The notes under the pieces were generated by a model that was given only the letters and a program-made list of their open reading frames with translations, ran no database searches and was not told the origin of the DNA. From positions 1,216,001-1,280,000 of the forward strand of contig OY782781.1 of the NCBI GenBank assembly GCA_963678315.1: a DNA stretch of 64,000 nucleotides. Direction: 5' to 3'. The translations under genes were made by a program, and so were the position numbers. Below, in pieces: positions 41,683-52,762 of this stretch; position 1 is the stretch's first letter; each line of letters starts with the position of its first letter. The stretch comes from Candidatus Cloacimonadales bacterium (GTDB lineage: Bacteria > Cloacimonadota > Cloacimonadia > Cloacimonadales > JAFGVF01).

Positions 41683-44600
41683 CTAATCAACATGAGCTTT
41701 AATTCGGTAGAACTTTCTAACTGATGAGTTAGTATCTTCCCAAGAAGTACTGCTTGTTGTATAGGTGTTTACGCTATCGAAATCAATAGTATCAGAAGTT
41801 TCAATTTGGTATGAACTAGCACCAATAACACTATCCCAGTTAAGTATAATATTACCTTGTGCATTTATTGAAATACTAATGTTTTCTGGAGAATCAATAG
41901 ATGTAATAACATCACCAAAGATAATAACTCTATCATCATCGCATATCATAATAGAAGAATCTTTAACAATAACAGAAGCAATATTCCAAGTTATATCATT
42001 ATCTGCATCATCATAAATCCATTGTATATTACCATCTGTATCAACTTTCATTAGTTCCGGAATACCACCAATAAGGTAGTTGTTATCAGAAGCTAAGGCA
42101 AGGGCTTTACCTTCACCATAAAAGCTGATAGGGTAGACTTTATCCCAAATCTTGTTACCACTAGAGTTTAGTTTAATCAAGACAGTTCTATTAGGTGTAG
42201 TTTGATCGTTATTATCGTGAGCATTACCTGTGATAACAAAGTTTCCATCAGCATCTTGCATAGCTGCTTTTCCGTATGAAGAAAAGCCTTGATTTGAAAC
42301 ACCAAAACCTTCTTCATATTCCCATTGCACAGAACCAGCTGAGTTAGTTTTGATAACCCAAACACGAGAATTACCAATAGGACTAGTTTCAGTTCCTGCT
42401 TTGTAGCCAGTTAGGAGATAGCCACCATCATTAGTTTGAATAACGCTGTTACATTGTTCTTGAGCATTATCCTCCCCATAGGTAATTTGAAATATTGGAT
42501 TAGTTTGATTCATTGCAGCCTTGGTAAGTAGGAAATCCCAATCCCTGAAACCAGTTCCACCTGTGATAACTGCATTGCCAGAATTATCAATAATCATATC
42601 CGTTACAAGCTCGTTACTAACTAGGTTACCTTCTTCATATTTATATGATTTTGACCATAAGGTATTTCCATTTAAATCAACTTGACTAAGGCCAGTCTTA
42701 TCACCATTGATGTATGATGTATTTTCATCTCTAGCAATCAAGAAATTACCATTTGATAATTCTATAGCCTTCTTAAAATAACTTGTCATAGTCGAATAAG
42801 TGTTACTTGAAAGAACTTGTCCTTGATTATTTATTGTCACTAAAGCATGATTGTTGTTGTTAAGTGTTCCTGCAAGGGCATATCCATTAGACGTTGCTGT
42901 TGCCTTATATATATTAAGTCCATTTATACTTTCATCATAAGAAATACTTGGAACATTCTCTGGGAACTCAGATACAAATGACCATACATCACCCTCTGAA
43001 ATATCTTCTGTATAGTTATTAGATAGTGTTACTCTCCAGTAATAAATTACTCCATAATCTAAGTTATCTATATAAGATAGATTATCTGTAATTACTCCAG
43101 AATATACTTCTGAAGCACCAGTCATCTCAGGATTGCTAGCGATTTCTACTAGACAGGTATTAAATCCAGTTGGATTAGTCCAGCTAAATGAAGAATTAAG
43201 TGCAATATCTCTAGAAGCTACACTCGGAGAAGGATTAAATGCTTTTAATCTATCTAAGCTTACATCAAACTGAATATCTTCAAAAAGTCCTGCATAAACC
43301 CAATCTTTAAACTCATAACCTGCTTTAGAAAACTCGAAATAGTAACCTTCAGAAGGTAAGGTCATAGACCAGTTACCATTCACGTCTGTATAAGTAGATT
43401 CTGTTTCTCTTGATTTCCAGCCACCTTCCATATCCATTAAGCTAACTAAAACACCTTCAATAGGCTCATTAGTGTATGAATCAGTAACTAGTCCGGTTAC
43501 AGTATATGCTTCTGTAACGCTAAAATTATAAGTTCTAGAAGAAATATCAAAACCACTTGCTGTTCTTCCTACCACTTTCCAATAATAACTTCCATTTGAA
43601 TCCAAATCTCCGAGTTGGGCATTATCAATACTGTTTATTTGATTACCACTATAGATGATATCACTTGCTGAGAAAGTAGAGTTCCCTTGTTGTAAATAGA
43701 AATCTATAGATGTAAAACTTAGCATTGATTCCCAAGAGATATCAGTATCTACGGTTGTTGCCGAATATTCTGCAGGATTTGGGTTAGTTACTACAAAATT
43801 AGGAGAGAATAGCAGAGCTAAACCATCAACTAAATAATAATCTGATTGCTGATAAGAAAGACCAGTTGAACCGTCATAGTTCTCTATTGCCACTGGGCAT
43901 TCTTCAAAAGGAAATGAGTCTGGGACGTCACTATATTGCATTTTAATATCGCCACTTTCAAAGAATATTAATTGAGCAGTCAACATCTCATTTTGATCAT
44001 ACATAAGTGGTATAGAACTATAAGTTAACACATAAGCATTTTCACCATTAATGATTGTATTCTCTTCGTAAAAAGCACCTTCTTGAACATTAGCAAACTC
44101 TGCAAAGAAAAGTGAAACAAGATTATTAACATCATTTTCTTCAGGAATAATGTTTCCTCCAAAAGAATTATCGCTTCTGTTAAAAGAAACCACCCCATAG
44201 TTATTCAGATATATATTACTAAATGTATCATAATAATATTTGAAGTTAAAACCTAAGCTTCGTGAATTACCAAGTTCAAACTGGCTTCTAGAAATTTCAC
44301 TTGCATTATCGGTTGGAATCCAATCATAAATTGGTCCATCTTGGTCCATTGAAGAGATTACATAGTAGTAATTATCATCTGGTCCTACTACTGTTGGAAC
44401 GATAGAAACAGTAAAGTCAAGATCTGCAGAATGACCTGTATTCGAAACAGCTTCAAGTGTAATTGTCTCTTCATCAATACTAGCATTTTCTGGAATTGAA
44501 GCTACTAGTCTCATCATTTTAGCATCTTCTGCTCCTAGTATGAAGTTGTCCATCTCTACTAATTCTAAGCTCTCTTCATCATGATCACTGAGATATTCAT

Positions 44601-46071
44601 ATAAAGTATACTCAAATTGATTGTTAGTTATTGAGAAGGTGAAAACTCCATCCATACTACCTGAATTCGAGATATAGAAATCACAATAAGAAGAGTGTCC
44701 TTTATGTGAAACAATAGTATTTTGTTCATCTTCAACTGTCATATATGGTTGAGCAATCTGACTACTTGATAGCACTATGTTATCAATGGTAAAACCACTT
44801 GTTGACACTGTTTCATTGTTTTTATAAATGAATTTTAATCTAAAAATTTGTCCTGCAACATTATTAGTCAAATCCTGTGAATAACTTTCCCAAGCGCTAT
44901 CTGTATCTGCTTGTAGAAACTCATAACTGTAATCAAGATCATCAATAACCACTGCAACTTGTAGATAGGCATCATCTGTTGACTGTGATTGATATTTAAA
45001 ATCAACAGTGCAAAAATCAAGTTCTCTTGCATCAATATATGGACTCAGTGCATAAGAGCTTTCTGAGTTGTTTGAAAAACCATCTACAGTTAAATCTGTA
45101 CCGATAGCATAATCACCTTGGTAAGCACTTGTAGGATCACTTGCAAGCCCCATAGGTTGGGCAATTTCCCAGGATGAATCAATTCCTCCAAATTCCCAAG
45201 CATTCATGTAAGGATCATCACTTTCGAAAGTAAAGGTAGTTTCTCCAGAGGCCAAAAGAATATTTTCAACTTCTAAAGAAGTAAAATAACCTGTTTCTGG
45301 TAGTCTTAGAGACCCATTCGCTAAGAAATAATATTCCTTTGTCCCAGCATCCATAGAATCAAAAGTATAGGTATAGATACCATTTGTTTCTGTTCCAGCT
45401 TTTAAGTCCATATCATAAGAATCACCATCAAGGACTAATTCTATTGATGCAGGCATAGCATTAGTTGGATCATAATAAGTTACATCAAATGTTTGTGATT
45501 GCCATGGTTTATTGCCTTCATAAGCATAGTTTCTTTTATCTTTCAAGATTGCACTTGTAGGGTTCTCTACAATCGAAATTGGATTATCATCACTGTAATA
45601 TTCTGAAAGTTGGTCATCCATTGTATCACCAATGTGATACTCTAAATTGTAATCTCCTTCAGTGTTACCAGTATTAAAAATCACGTTAGCTGTAACTATC
45701 TGATCTACACTCGCATGACTTTGAGATAATCCTGACCACCAATAATAACCTTCTGGTGCAGGATCATTAGATTCCATGCTGCTTGAGTTAGTTGAATTAT
45801 AAGTTATATTTCCAATAATTGTATCATCTGTTGATTGATAACTTATCTGGTCATTTTCAATAGTCCAATCATCAGGTACTAACATGGATAGAGTAAATGC
45901 ATGTTCATAAAATCCTGATGAATTAAGTTTAACATTTATTGGAACTATAACTTCACTGTTTGTATACCCCTCTGTTGGTTGAAAAATCGATAAGACTGTG
46001 AATCCACAGGCTGTTAAAAATAGTACTAATAATAAGCACAAAAATATAACCGTTTTTTTTGTATAAATCAT
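41683..46071 (-). CDS. Large multidomain surface protein (possible lipoprotein)
   Basis: LTA-C lipobox-like signal, beta-sandwich domains, carboxypeptidase-regulatory-like domain (V.G.VTD...EPI.GV.V), beta-propeller-like repeats (QTNDGGYLL.G), C-terminal FN3-like module. Confidence 0.75.
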   Translation of the reverse strand: MIYTKKTVIFLCLLLVLFLTACGFTVLSIFQPTEGYTNSEVIVPINVKLNSSGFYEHAFTLSMLVPDDWTIENDQISYQSTDDTIIGNITYNSTNSSSMESNDPAPEGYYWWSGLSQSHASVDQIVTANVIFNTGNTEGDYNLEYHIGDTMDDQLSEYYSDDNPISIVENPTSAILKDKRNYAYEGNKPWQSQTFDVTYYDPTNAMPASIELVLDGDSYDMDLKAGTETNGIYTYTFDSMDAGTKEYYFLANGSLRLPETGYFTSLEVENILLASGETTFTFESDDPYMNAWEFGGIDSSWEIAQPMGLASDPTSAYQGDYAIGTDLTVDGFSNNSESSYALSPYIDARELDFCTVDFKYQSQSTDDAYLQVAVVIDDLDYSYEFLQADTDSAWESYSQDLTNNVAGQIFRLKFIYKNNETVSTSGFTIDNIVLSSSQIAQPYMTVEDEQNTIVSHKGHSSYCDFYISNSGSMDGVFTFSITNNQFEYTLYEYLSDHDEESLELVEMDNFILGAEDAKMMRLVASIPENASIDEETITLEAVSNTGHSADLDFTVSIVPTVVGPDDNYYYVISSMDQDGPIYDWIPTDNASEISRSQFELGNSRSLGFNFKYYYDTFSNIYLNNYGVVSFNRSDNSFGGNIIPEENDVNNLVSLFFAEFANVQEGAFYEENTIINGENAYVLTYSSIPLMYDQNEMLTAQLIFFESGDIKMQYSDVPDSFPFEECPVAIENYDGSTGLSYQQSDYYLVDGLALLFSPNFVVTNPNPAEYSATTVDTDISWESMLSFTSIDFYLQQGNSTFSASDIIYSGNQINSIDNAQLGDLDSNGSYYWKVVGRTASGFDISSRTYNFSVTEAYTVTGLVTDSYTNEPIEGVLVSLMDMEGGWKSRETESTYTDVNGNWSMTLPSEGYYFEFSKAGYEFKDWVYAGLFEDIQFDVSLDRLKAFNPSPSVASRDIALNSSFSWTNPTGFNTCLVEIASNPEMTGASEVYSGVITDNLSYIDNLDYGVIYYWRVTLSNNYTEDISEGDVWSFVSEFPENVPSISYDESINGLNIYKATATSNGYALAGTLNNNNHALVTINNQGQVLSSNTYSTMTSYFKKAIELSNGNFLIARDENTSYINGDKTGLSQVDLNGNTLWSKSYKYEEGNLVSNELVTDMIIDNSGNAVITGGTGFRDWDFLLTKAAMNQTNPIFQITYGEDNAQEQCNSVIQTNDGGYLLTGYKAGTETSPIGNSRVWVIKTNSAGSVQWEYEEGFGVSNQGFSSYGKAAMQDADGNFVITGNAHDNNDQTTPNRTVLIKLNSSGNKIWDKVYPISFYGEGKALALASDNNYLIGGIPELMKVDTDGNIQWIYDDADNDITWNIASVIVKDSSIMICDDDRVIIFGDVITSIDSPENISISINAQGNIILNWDSVIGASSYQIETSDTIDFDSVNTYTTSSTSWEDTNSSVRKFYRIKAHVD

Positions 46072-46384
46072 ACTGATAGGCTCTCCTTAAGTTTTTAAAA
46101 TAATTTAAGTCATAGTTGTTAGATAAATATTTGCTGTCAATCGAATTGTAAGTAATTCTAGTCGAAGATTGTTTTTAAGAATTACTATATTATAGGTTAA
46201 CATTGTAATCTTTTTTGGGGCAGTAGGATTAAATACTAAAAGTATGTTAATAATAGCTGCTAACTAAAAGTTTAGCAAAATATTCTTGACTAAAATAAAT
46301 ATGATACGTATAATATAACAATTTTTGAAATACCTTTTGAATTGTATTATTTGTGAAATCATTTTTTTTTGATAAGGAAATTAT

Positions 46385-47521
46385 ATGAAGATTAAACAGA
46401 AATGGAAGAGTTATTTAAAGCGATTTTTGTTAATAGTTATAGTATTTTTAGTATGTTGGCATGCAGTAAGGGTTGTTACTTTAACAGATAAGAATTTTCA
46501 ATACCTTAACTCAACTGTTAGTAGAAACATAGAAGACTCTTTCCATACTGAAGAGGTATTTGAAATTAACAGGGAGTGGGAACTAGGCTTTCTTGCAATA
46601 AGTAGCTTTGCAATAACCAATAGAGCCTTTTTAGACTCATCTTATAAGGATAGAGCAATTGAACTTAATGAAATTCTTATACAAGAAATGATGTCAAAAA
46701 GAATACAAGATTTTTATGGATTTAAAGGATTTGATAATCTGTGTTTTAAGGAAAACCCTAACGAAAGTGTTATATATACAGGATATCTAAATTATATGCT
46801 GAGTACTTATAATTTATTAACAAGCAATAATAAAGAGATCTTAAGTCTTAACAAGAAAGTAAGTGAATATCTTTATGAACAATATAGGAACAGTTCCTCT
46901 AAATTCTTAGAGTCATACACCGGTAGCTGTTGGACTGGAGATAATGTAATTGCTCTAGCATCCTTAGAATTATATGATTTACATGCGAAGACTAATTACT
47001 CTATTGTATGTGATGAATGGGTCACTTCTGTTAAAGAACATTTCTTAGACAAGGATGGTTTGATGACTTCTGAAGTATTCTTAGATTATGACCACAAGAA
47101 ATGCTTACGCTATAAGGATACTGAAGGATCAACCATTAATTGGAGTACTATGTTTATTAAACACTTCGACGAGGAGTTTGCTAAAGAACAATATTATAGA
47201 TTTAGGGACAATTATTCAACTAACTTTGTTATACTAAGAGCTTTCAAGGAGAATAGTCCTGAACTTGATAACTTTTCGAAAGGTAATATCGACTCCGGTC
47301 CTATAGTATTTGATTATGGAGTATCTGCAACAGTTTTTGGATACGGTGCTGCTCGTGCTGTTGGGGATTCTTGGACTTATAAATCAATTAAGCTTGTTTT
47401 ACCATTCTTTTTTAAAAAGGCTGATACAGGAGTGAAATCTATTCTATATTCTCCATTGAGCGATGCTATTTTTAGTTTTTGTGCCACCCAAACTAAATTC
47501 GATAGAAGATATCTTAAATAG
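46385..47521 (+). CDS. Membrane-anchored alpha/alpha-barrel-like protein (resembles linalool dehydratase/isomerase-like domain)
   Basis: N-terminal TM helix, LESY.G.CW..DN..A.ASL and DSGP....G.SAT.F motifs. The family assignment is from memory. Confidence 0.5.
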   Translation: MKIKQKWKSYLKRFLLIVIVFLVCWHAVRVVTLTDKNFQYLNSTVSRNIEDSFHTEEVFEINREWELGFLAISSFAITNRAFLDSSYKDRAIELNEILIQEMMSKRIQDFYGFKGFDNLCFKENPNESVIYTGYLNYMLSTYNLLTSNNKEILSLNKKVSEYLYEQYRNSSSKFLESYTGSCWTGDNVIALASLELYDLHAKTNYSIVCDEWVTSVKEHFLDKDGLMTSEVFLDYDHKKCLRYKDTEGSTINWSTMFIKHFDEEFAKEQYYRFRDNYSTNFVILRAFKENSPELDNFSKGNIDSGPIVFDYGVSATVFGYGAARAVGDSWTYKSIKLVLPFFFKKADTGVKSILYSPLSDAIFSFCATQTKFDRRYLK

Positions 47522-47797
47522 TATAATTACATAAAACACTTTTTAAACAATCAATCATACCTTGAAGCTTGAAGTCTTGTCAAATAATATAGTACTATCA
47601 AGAAGTTCTACTGTATTAGCTTGGCTTAACTAAACCAATAAATAGTAGGTGCATATTTTTATCTAAAATTGGCCAAATTAAGGCCACCCTTACTTGCCTC
47701 CTTGAAAAATCGGCCTTTTTTCAATGAGACCAGTAAGGAAGGAGTTACTGGGAATGTATACCGGGAGCATTCAATCGTCTTCGCCGATCACGGTCCT

Positions 47798-47827
47798 TGC
47801 GAATTGAACATATGCTCTTTTGTTCCG
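47798..47827 (-). other. Degenerate 3' fragment of tRNA-Arg(CCG) (att-like scar)
   Basis: 24/30 match by hand count to 60677-60706 of the intact tRNA, ending at the anticodon. Confidence 0.7.
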
Positions 47828-48030
47828 TAATAAAAGAGTGTTTTTTATAGTGCTTATTTATTATATGTTACAGGTAAGAATAGGTGTTTGCATGAGGAGA
47901 GAAGGACGCTAGCGAAGTTTTTATTTGACTTCTTTTAGGTTAAATAGATATAAATTGAGATTGTGGTTGATAAGAGCTATGATAATATTGTATGTTGTAT
48001 TTAAACTATGGAAATAGTAATGGAGGGAAA

Positions 48031-49032
48031 ATGAAAAAAGAGCAAAATTATATTAAAGAAAATATTTTTAGACTAATCAACACTCTTTCAAATATGATGA
48101 GTAATCATATTGGTTATGAATCAACTTTGGTTAAAGAACTTTTGCAAAAAATTGTAGAAGATATTAAAATATCGTGTAGGATTAATAATGTTTCATGCGA
48201 TGAGCAGATTGCGAATCAAGTTTTTTTAACTAATCGGGACAAACATCATCCTAAATATTTTACTTCTGCTATTATTAAATCATGTAATAGAATAATTGAA
48301 ACTATTCCCAAAAATATTGATGAAACAACAGGTATCAAAGTGTTGTATTTCATGTATAATTATGTTAATGAAATTCTTCACGATTTATCCAGATTAAATG
48401 TAATCGAAAATAGTTGTTGTAAAACAGATTGTCTTTATGCTGAAGAAGCTTATAATGCATCTGTAGACTTATTATGGAATACTACTAGTATTAGAAAACC
48501 TTCTATTGTCCCTGTAACTCAATCTTCTGTATTTCTAATAAGACAGTCTATAGAACTAAAGTTGTATGGAATACTTGGAATTTCTGATATTCATCACGCA
48601 AATTCCTCTGTCAAAATCAAATTGCTTGATTTATTTAAGTTTATTGATAAGAATAACCAAATCAAGTGGGAGTTCAAGTTATCAAAAAGTAATCTAGAAA
48701 AGATCATTTTATGGACCAATGATTATGTCCACAATGGAGTAATATCATCTTTATGGCTTATTGAAACTGCTCAATATTTTATTAAAGATTTATTCAAAAG
48801 TAATCAAGATGATTTTTTAGTACAACTTAATAAGCTATGTAATGAAGCTAGTTTTAGTGACACTCAAACGATACCATACAGCATACATTGTTCTGTAAAA
48901 ATTGGCAAAGAATATTATAATAACAAGCTGAGAGTTGACTTCATTAATTACTTAATCAGTGAAAACCCAAAACTTAAAGAGGGAAAAGTCAAGATAATTG
49001 TGAAGAGTAGACCTGAATGCATGCTTATATGA
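48031..49032 (+). CDS. Hypothetical protein, possibly HEPN-like
   Basis: GGAGG RBS. FLIRQSIEL and WTNDYVHNG segments are reminiscent of HEPN-fold proteins. Confidence 0.5.
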   Translation: MKKEQNYIKENIFRLINTLSNMMSNHIGYESTLVKELLQKIVEDIKISCRINNVSCDEQIANQVFLTNRDKHHPKYFTSAIIKSCNRIIETIPKNIDETTGIKVLYFMYNYVNEILHDLSRLNVIENSCCKTDCLYAEEAYNASVDLLWNTTSIRKPSIVPVTQSSVFLIRQSIELKLYGILGISDIHHANSSVKIKLLDLFKFIDKNNQIKWEFKLSKSNLEKIILWTNDYVHNGVISSLWLIETAQYFIKDLFKSNQDDFLVQLNKLCNEASFSDTQTIPYSIHCSVKIGKEYYNNKLRVDFINYLISENPKLKEGKVKIIVKSRPECMLI

Positions 49033-49416
49033 TAAAAAAATATGGGAACCAAGTAAAAGTGTAAGAGAACAGATGAATAATCATGAAGTAGGTTCTAAAT
49101 GCTTATCATGACTAGCTACTTTAAATGTAATGTCATGATAGGCAGGTTGTTGCAGACTATAATAACTTATTACTTGTTGAACATGGGTTGTATGGACAGG
49201 ATTGAACAATCAAAATCAGTACGTGGGTTCAAATGTTTACTTCAATCAAATCAAGTAATAACGTTATAATAAAATCATTGTAAATCTTATAAAATAAGTC
49301 AATTAATGTGCCATGATACCACAACACTGTCTCCCGTTTTATTCATTGAAGCATTTGCATGTATCTAAAAAACTATAAAAAACTTCATTCTTGTTAATGA
49401 TATATGCAGATAAAAT

Positions 49417-49863
49417 TTAATATCTGTGAACTATGATACTAAACTTATTAAGAATGTATTCATTAATAAGTAAAACAATCATGAAGATAAATACATAGAA
49501 AACTATACAAAAGTATGGTCTTGTTGATTTTAATGATAAAAATATATTTTTGATACTTGGTTTAAAGAAAGCATTATTTTTATTGTCGTTAATATCATTT
49601 ATTTCGTTTAGTTCTGAGAATATCTTAAAAAGCAACTCCCTCATGATAGAGTGATAAAAATCTAATATAGATAATCCAGCAATTGGTAATATTGTTATAA
49701 ACGCTAATTTTGGTTTTCCTAGTACTCCAACTAGTGTTAAAATAATTGAAACGCATATTATGCAACAAATCTTTATATTATTTTTTAATGATGATAGATT
49801 TTCAAGTTTCTCTAGTGTATCAATTTTATACGATGTATCATTTATGTTTTTAATGCTTTGCAT
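49417..49863 (-). CDS. Small membrane protein (3 TM)
   Basis: GGAG RBS, three hydrophobic segments, LDFY motif after TM2. Confidence 0.55.
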   Translation of the reverse strand: MQSIKNINDTSYKIDTLEKLENLSSLKNNIKICCIICVSIILTLVGVLGKPKLAFITILPIAGLSILDFYHSIMRELLFKIFSELNEINDINDNKNNAFFKPSIKNIFLSLKSTRPYFCIVFYVFIFMIVLLINEYILNKFSIIVHRY

Positions 49864-50421
49864 AATATTCTCCCATTAGTTATTATTTAACTAAATAGTA
49901 TTTTGTTGTCAAGTAATTATGAAATACTATTATATCTTTATTATTGTGGATGTTTTTTACATAAAGTAAAGTAAGAAAAAGATCATTTACATATAACATT
50001 ACGAGTTAACTAAAAAAAATTATCAAAATATTTTTGATTTAAATGAAACTGCTCTCGTAAACCTTGCATTAAAGAGATGGAATAATCTAGATGGGATTCC
50101 CACAGAATATATTATAGACTCTAAATTAGCTCAAAAGAAATACAAAAAATCAAAAGATCAGTTAAAGTCTTTCTTAAAAAGAGAATATTAAATTGATTAA
50201 TAACTCGTTAGTATCTAATTTTAAATAAATCAAGAGTTATAAGCATATACATTATTGTTCCACTTTTCTTAATATATTTTGTGTATTAATATAATAATTT
50301 TTATTGAGTTCCTAGATAACAAGAAAGAATATACATAGTCTGATTTAATAAAAACCTTGACAACTGTATTTTATTTAGTAATTTTAGCATAAAAATGTAA
50401 ATATTGAATATAGAGGTGAGT

Positions 50422-51771
50422 ATGATTATTGATTTAACAATGGAGAATGTTTTTTCAATAGGTAAAGAACAGAAATTCAGTTTTGAAGCATATGAACCAG
50501 CTGATAATGGTTATGAAGAACATTATATCTGTAAAATACCCAAAAGAGGAGAATATAAAAAAGAGGAAGATAGAAATTACAGATTGTTAAAAGTAGCACT
50601 ATTATTAGGAGCTAATGCTTCAGGAAAATCTAACATACTAAAATCATTTGATTTATTAAATGAAATCATGCTCAAGACAAGAAATAGAAATGAGAAATTC
50701 AATTATGAACCATTTCTTTTAAATCCTAAGATGGAAGAAGTAGCTTCTAAATTATGTTTGAACTTTTTGCTAGAAGATGATGATGGACAATACTCACGGT
50801 ATAAATATCTTATTGAGTTCACGAAAAATGAGATCTTACGAGAGCGCTTAGATAAATATCTATCAAGTCAACCTTCACTAGTATTTGAACGAGTAAGTGA
50901 TGAGGATAATGCGCGAGGTTTTAGGGTTGAGTATGGCAAAAAATTTAAGCCAAATCAGATTGAGACAATGACTATTGAAGCTAACACTCTTCCCAATAAT
51001 TCAATAATATCGATTTTTAATAAAAGCAATCCCTTATTTAATGAGTTAAAAAAAGTATATGGTTGGGGTAAAAAATCTTTTACAATGATAATAGCACCTA
51101 ATACTAATACAACCAGATATACAAATAGATTATTGGCAAGTGAAAGAAAACTAAGAGATTTAGGGAAATCTGTTTTAATTAATGCTGATTTTAACATCTC
51201 AAATATTGATATTGATGTACAAGAGATAGAATTAAATGATAAAGAAAAAAAATTACTAAAAACACTATCTGAAAAAGCTGAAGAAAATATATCTATTGAT
51301 GATTTAAAGAGAAGGTTTTATGACTTGAAACTGACTCATAAAGTACAGATTGATGGTGAGGAAGTTGAAAGAGAATTTGAGGAAGACTTAGAGTCTTTGG
51401 GTACAATGAAATTTTATAGTTTACTGGGTCCATATTTTTCTGCATTTAAGATAAATAGATTGATGATGATTGATGAAATTGAAACGTCACTTCATTGGGA
51501 ACTTCAAAAGAGTTTAATAACTTTATTTCTGATTAATTCAAAAAAGTCTCAACTTATATTTGCAACTCACAATCCTCTTTATTTAATGTGGGATATTATT
51601 AGAGCTGATTCTATCTATTTCACAGAAAAAAAAGATAATGGTGAGACTGATTTATACTCCTTAGTAGATTTTAATAATATAAATAGAGAAAATATATTCA
51701 AGAAGTACTTAATTGGCAATTATGGAGCTGTTCCTAATATAAATGAATATGACTTAGATTTAAAATTGTAG
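50422..51771 (+). CDS. AAA_21 / RloA-like ABC ATPase (abortive infection/TA-type)
   Basis: GANASGKSN Walker A, ESLGT, IDEIETSLH, QLIFATH, YL.G.YGAVP tail. Confidence 0.85.
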   Translation: MIIDLTMENVFSIGKEQKFSFEAYEPADNGYEEHYICKIPKRGEYKKEEDRNYRLLKVALLLGANASGKSNILKSFDLLNEIMLKTRNRNEKFNYEPFLLNPKMEEVASKLCLNFLLEDDDGQYSRYKYLIEFTKNEILRERLDKYLSSQPSLVFERVSDEDNARGFRVEYGKKFKPNQIETMTIEANTLPNNSIISIFNKSNPLFNELKKVYGWGKKSFTMIIAPNTNTTRYTNRLLASERKLRDLGKSVLINADFNISNIDIDVQEIELNDKEKKLLKTLSEKAEENISIDDLKRRFYDLKLTHKVQIDGEEVEREFEEDLESLGTMKFYSLLGPYFSAFKINRLMMIDEIETSLHWELQKSLITLFLINSKKSQLIFATHNPLYLMWDIIRADSIYFTEKKDNGETDLYSLVDFNNINRENIFKKYLIGNYGAVPNINEYDLDLKL

Positions 51772-51778
51772 GTATTAT

Positions 51779-52465
51779 ATGGGCAGAAATAGGATAAAAA
51801 GAGCTGAACGTAAGGGAAAATCCAAAAAAAATAAGTCCTTTCAAAATAGTGAATTTGATGGAAAAGGAGCAAGGAAGGATAGGCATCAAATAATCATATT
51901 TTGTGAAGGTCCAACAGAGCAAGAGTATTTTAAACAATTGAAAGAATATGAAGATCTTTGTAATATATACATTGAACCAGATATAAAAGCTGGATCTGAT
52001 TGGGAAAAGATATTTAATAGACTTAATAACTCATATATAGATGATGTATCATGTAGTTTCTATTGTGTCCTAGATTTAGACCAGCAAATTAATCAAGATA
52101 AAATGCCTGAATACTTAACTAAAAAAGGTAAACTACCGATACCCATAGAAAATGTAATTGAAACTTATATGTGCTTTGAAACATGGATTTTAATGCATTA
52201 TAAAGATAATCCTAAATCGGGAACATACTGTAGAACATCAGTAGATGAATTAAAAAAAATTGAAGGGTTTGGCAACTATATAAAAGGTGATAAATTTAAC
52301 AGTATATACTCTATTTTAAAAGATAATCAAAAAAAAGCATGTACCAATGCTGAACGTTTAGAACTTAAAAGAAATAAAGACATAAAAAAAGGGATTTATA
52401 AAGAGAAAGAGTGTCGTTTAGTTTATTCAAGTATGTGGAGATTAATTAAGGAGTTGTTAAAATAA
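51779..52465 (+). CDS. RloB-like protein
   Basis: IFCEG.TE..YF, CVLDLD, CFETWILMHY, A..NA..L motifs. Directly follows the RloA-like ATPase. Confidence 0.85.
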   Translation: MGRNRIKRAERKGKSKKNKSFQNSEFDGKGARKDRHQIIIFCEGPTEQEYFKQLKEYEDLCNIYIEPDIKAGSDWEKIFNRLNNSYIDDVSCSFYCVLDLDQQINQDKMPEYLTKKGKLPIPIENVIETYMCFETWILMHYKDNPKSGTYCRTSVDELKKIEGFGNYIKGDKFNSIYSILKDNQKKACTNAERLELKRNKDIKKGIYKEKECRLVYSSMWRLIKELLK

Positions 52466-52762
52466 TTAATAAAGTGTAAATGCCCGACAATTCTAAAGAT
52501 GAAATTTTTCTAGCTTATTCTTACATACAGTATTACAATCCAAATAATTAAAAATAAGCCAATATGACAATTTAAGCAGTCGCTAAAATACACAGTATGA
52601 CTGTTAGAGTTGTCGTTTATATTTTAGAATATTGGAAATATAATTCCACTCTTCTTGATAGGCTTTTTGTATTAGGCAATTTATCTTTAGTACATAATAG
52701 TTATATGGACCGGAGCTCGCCTGAACTGTTATCAAGATGAAACACATGTATATGGCTAGCTC

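Noticed and set aside
41504..47800. Island integrated at tRNA-Gln/Ser
   Set aside because: I found no duplicated 3' end of these tRNAs downstream and no integrase.
49919..50191. Possible gene fragment (…NLALKRWNNLDGIPTEYIIDSK…)
   Set aside because: It has no clear start, is interrupted, and no family is recognisable, so it is too weak to call.
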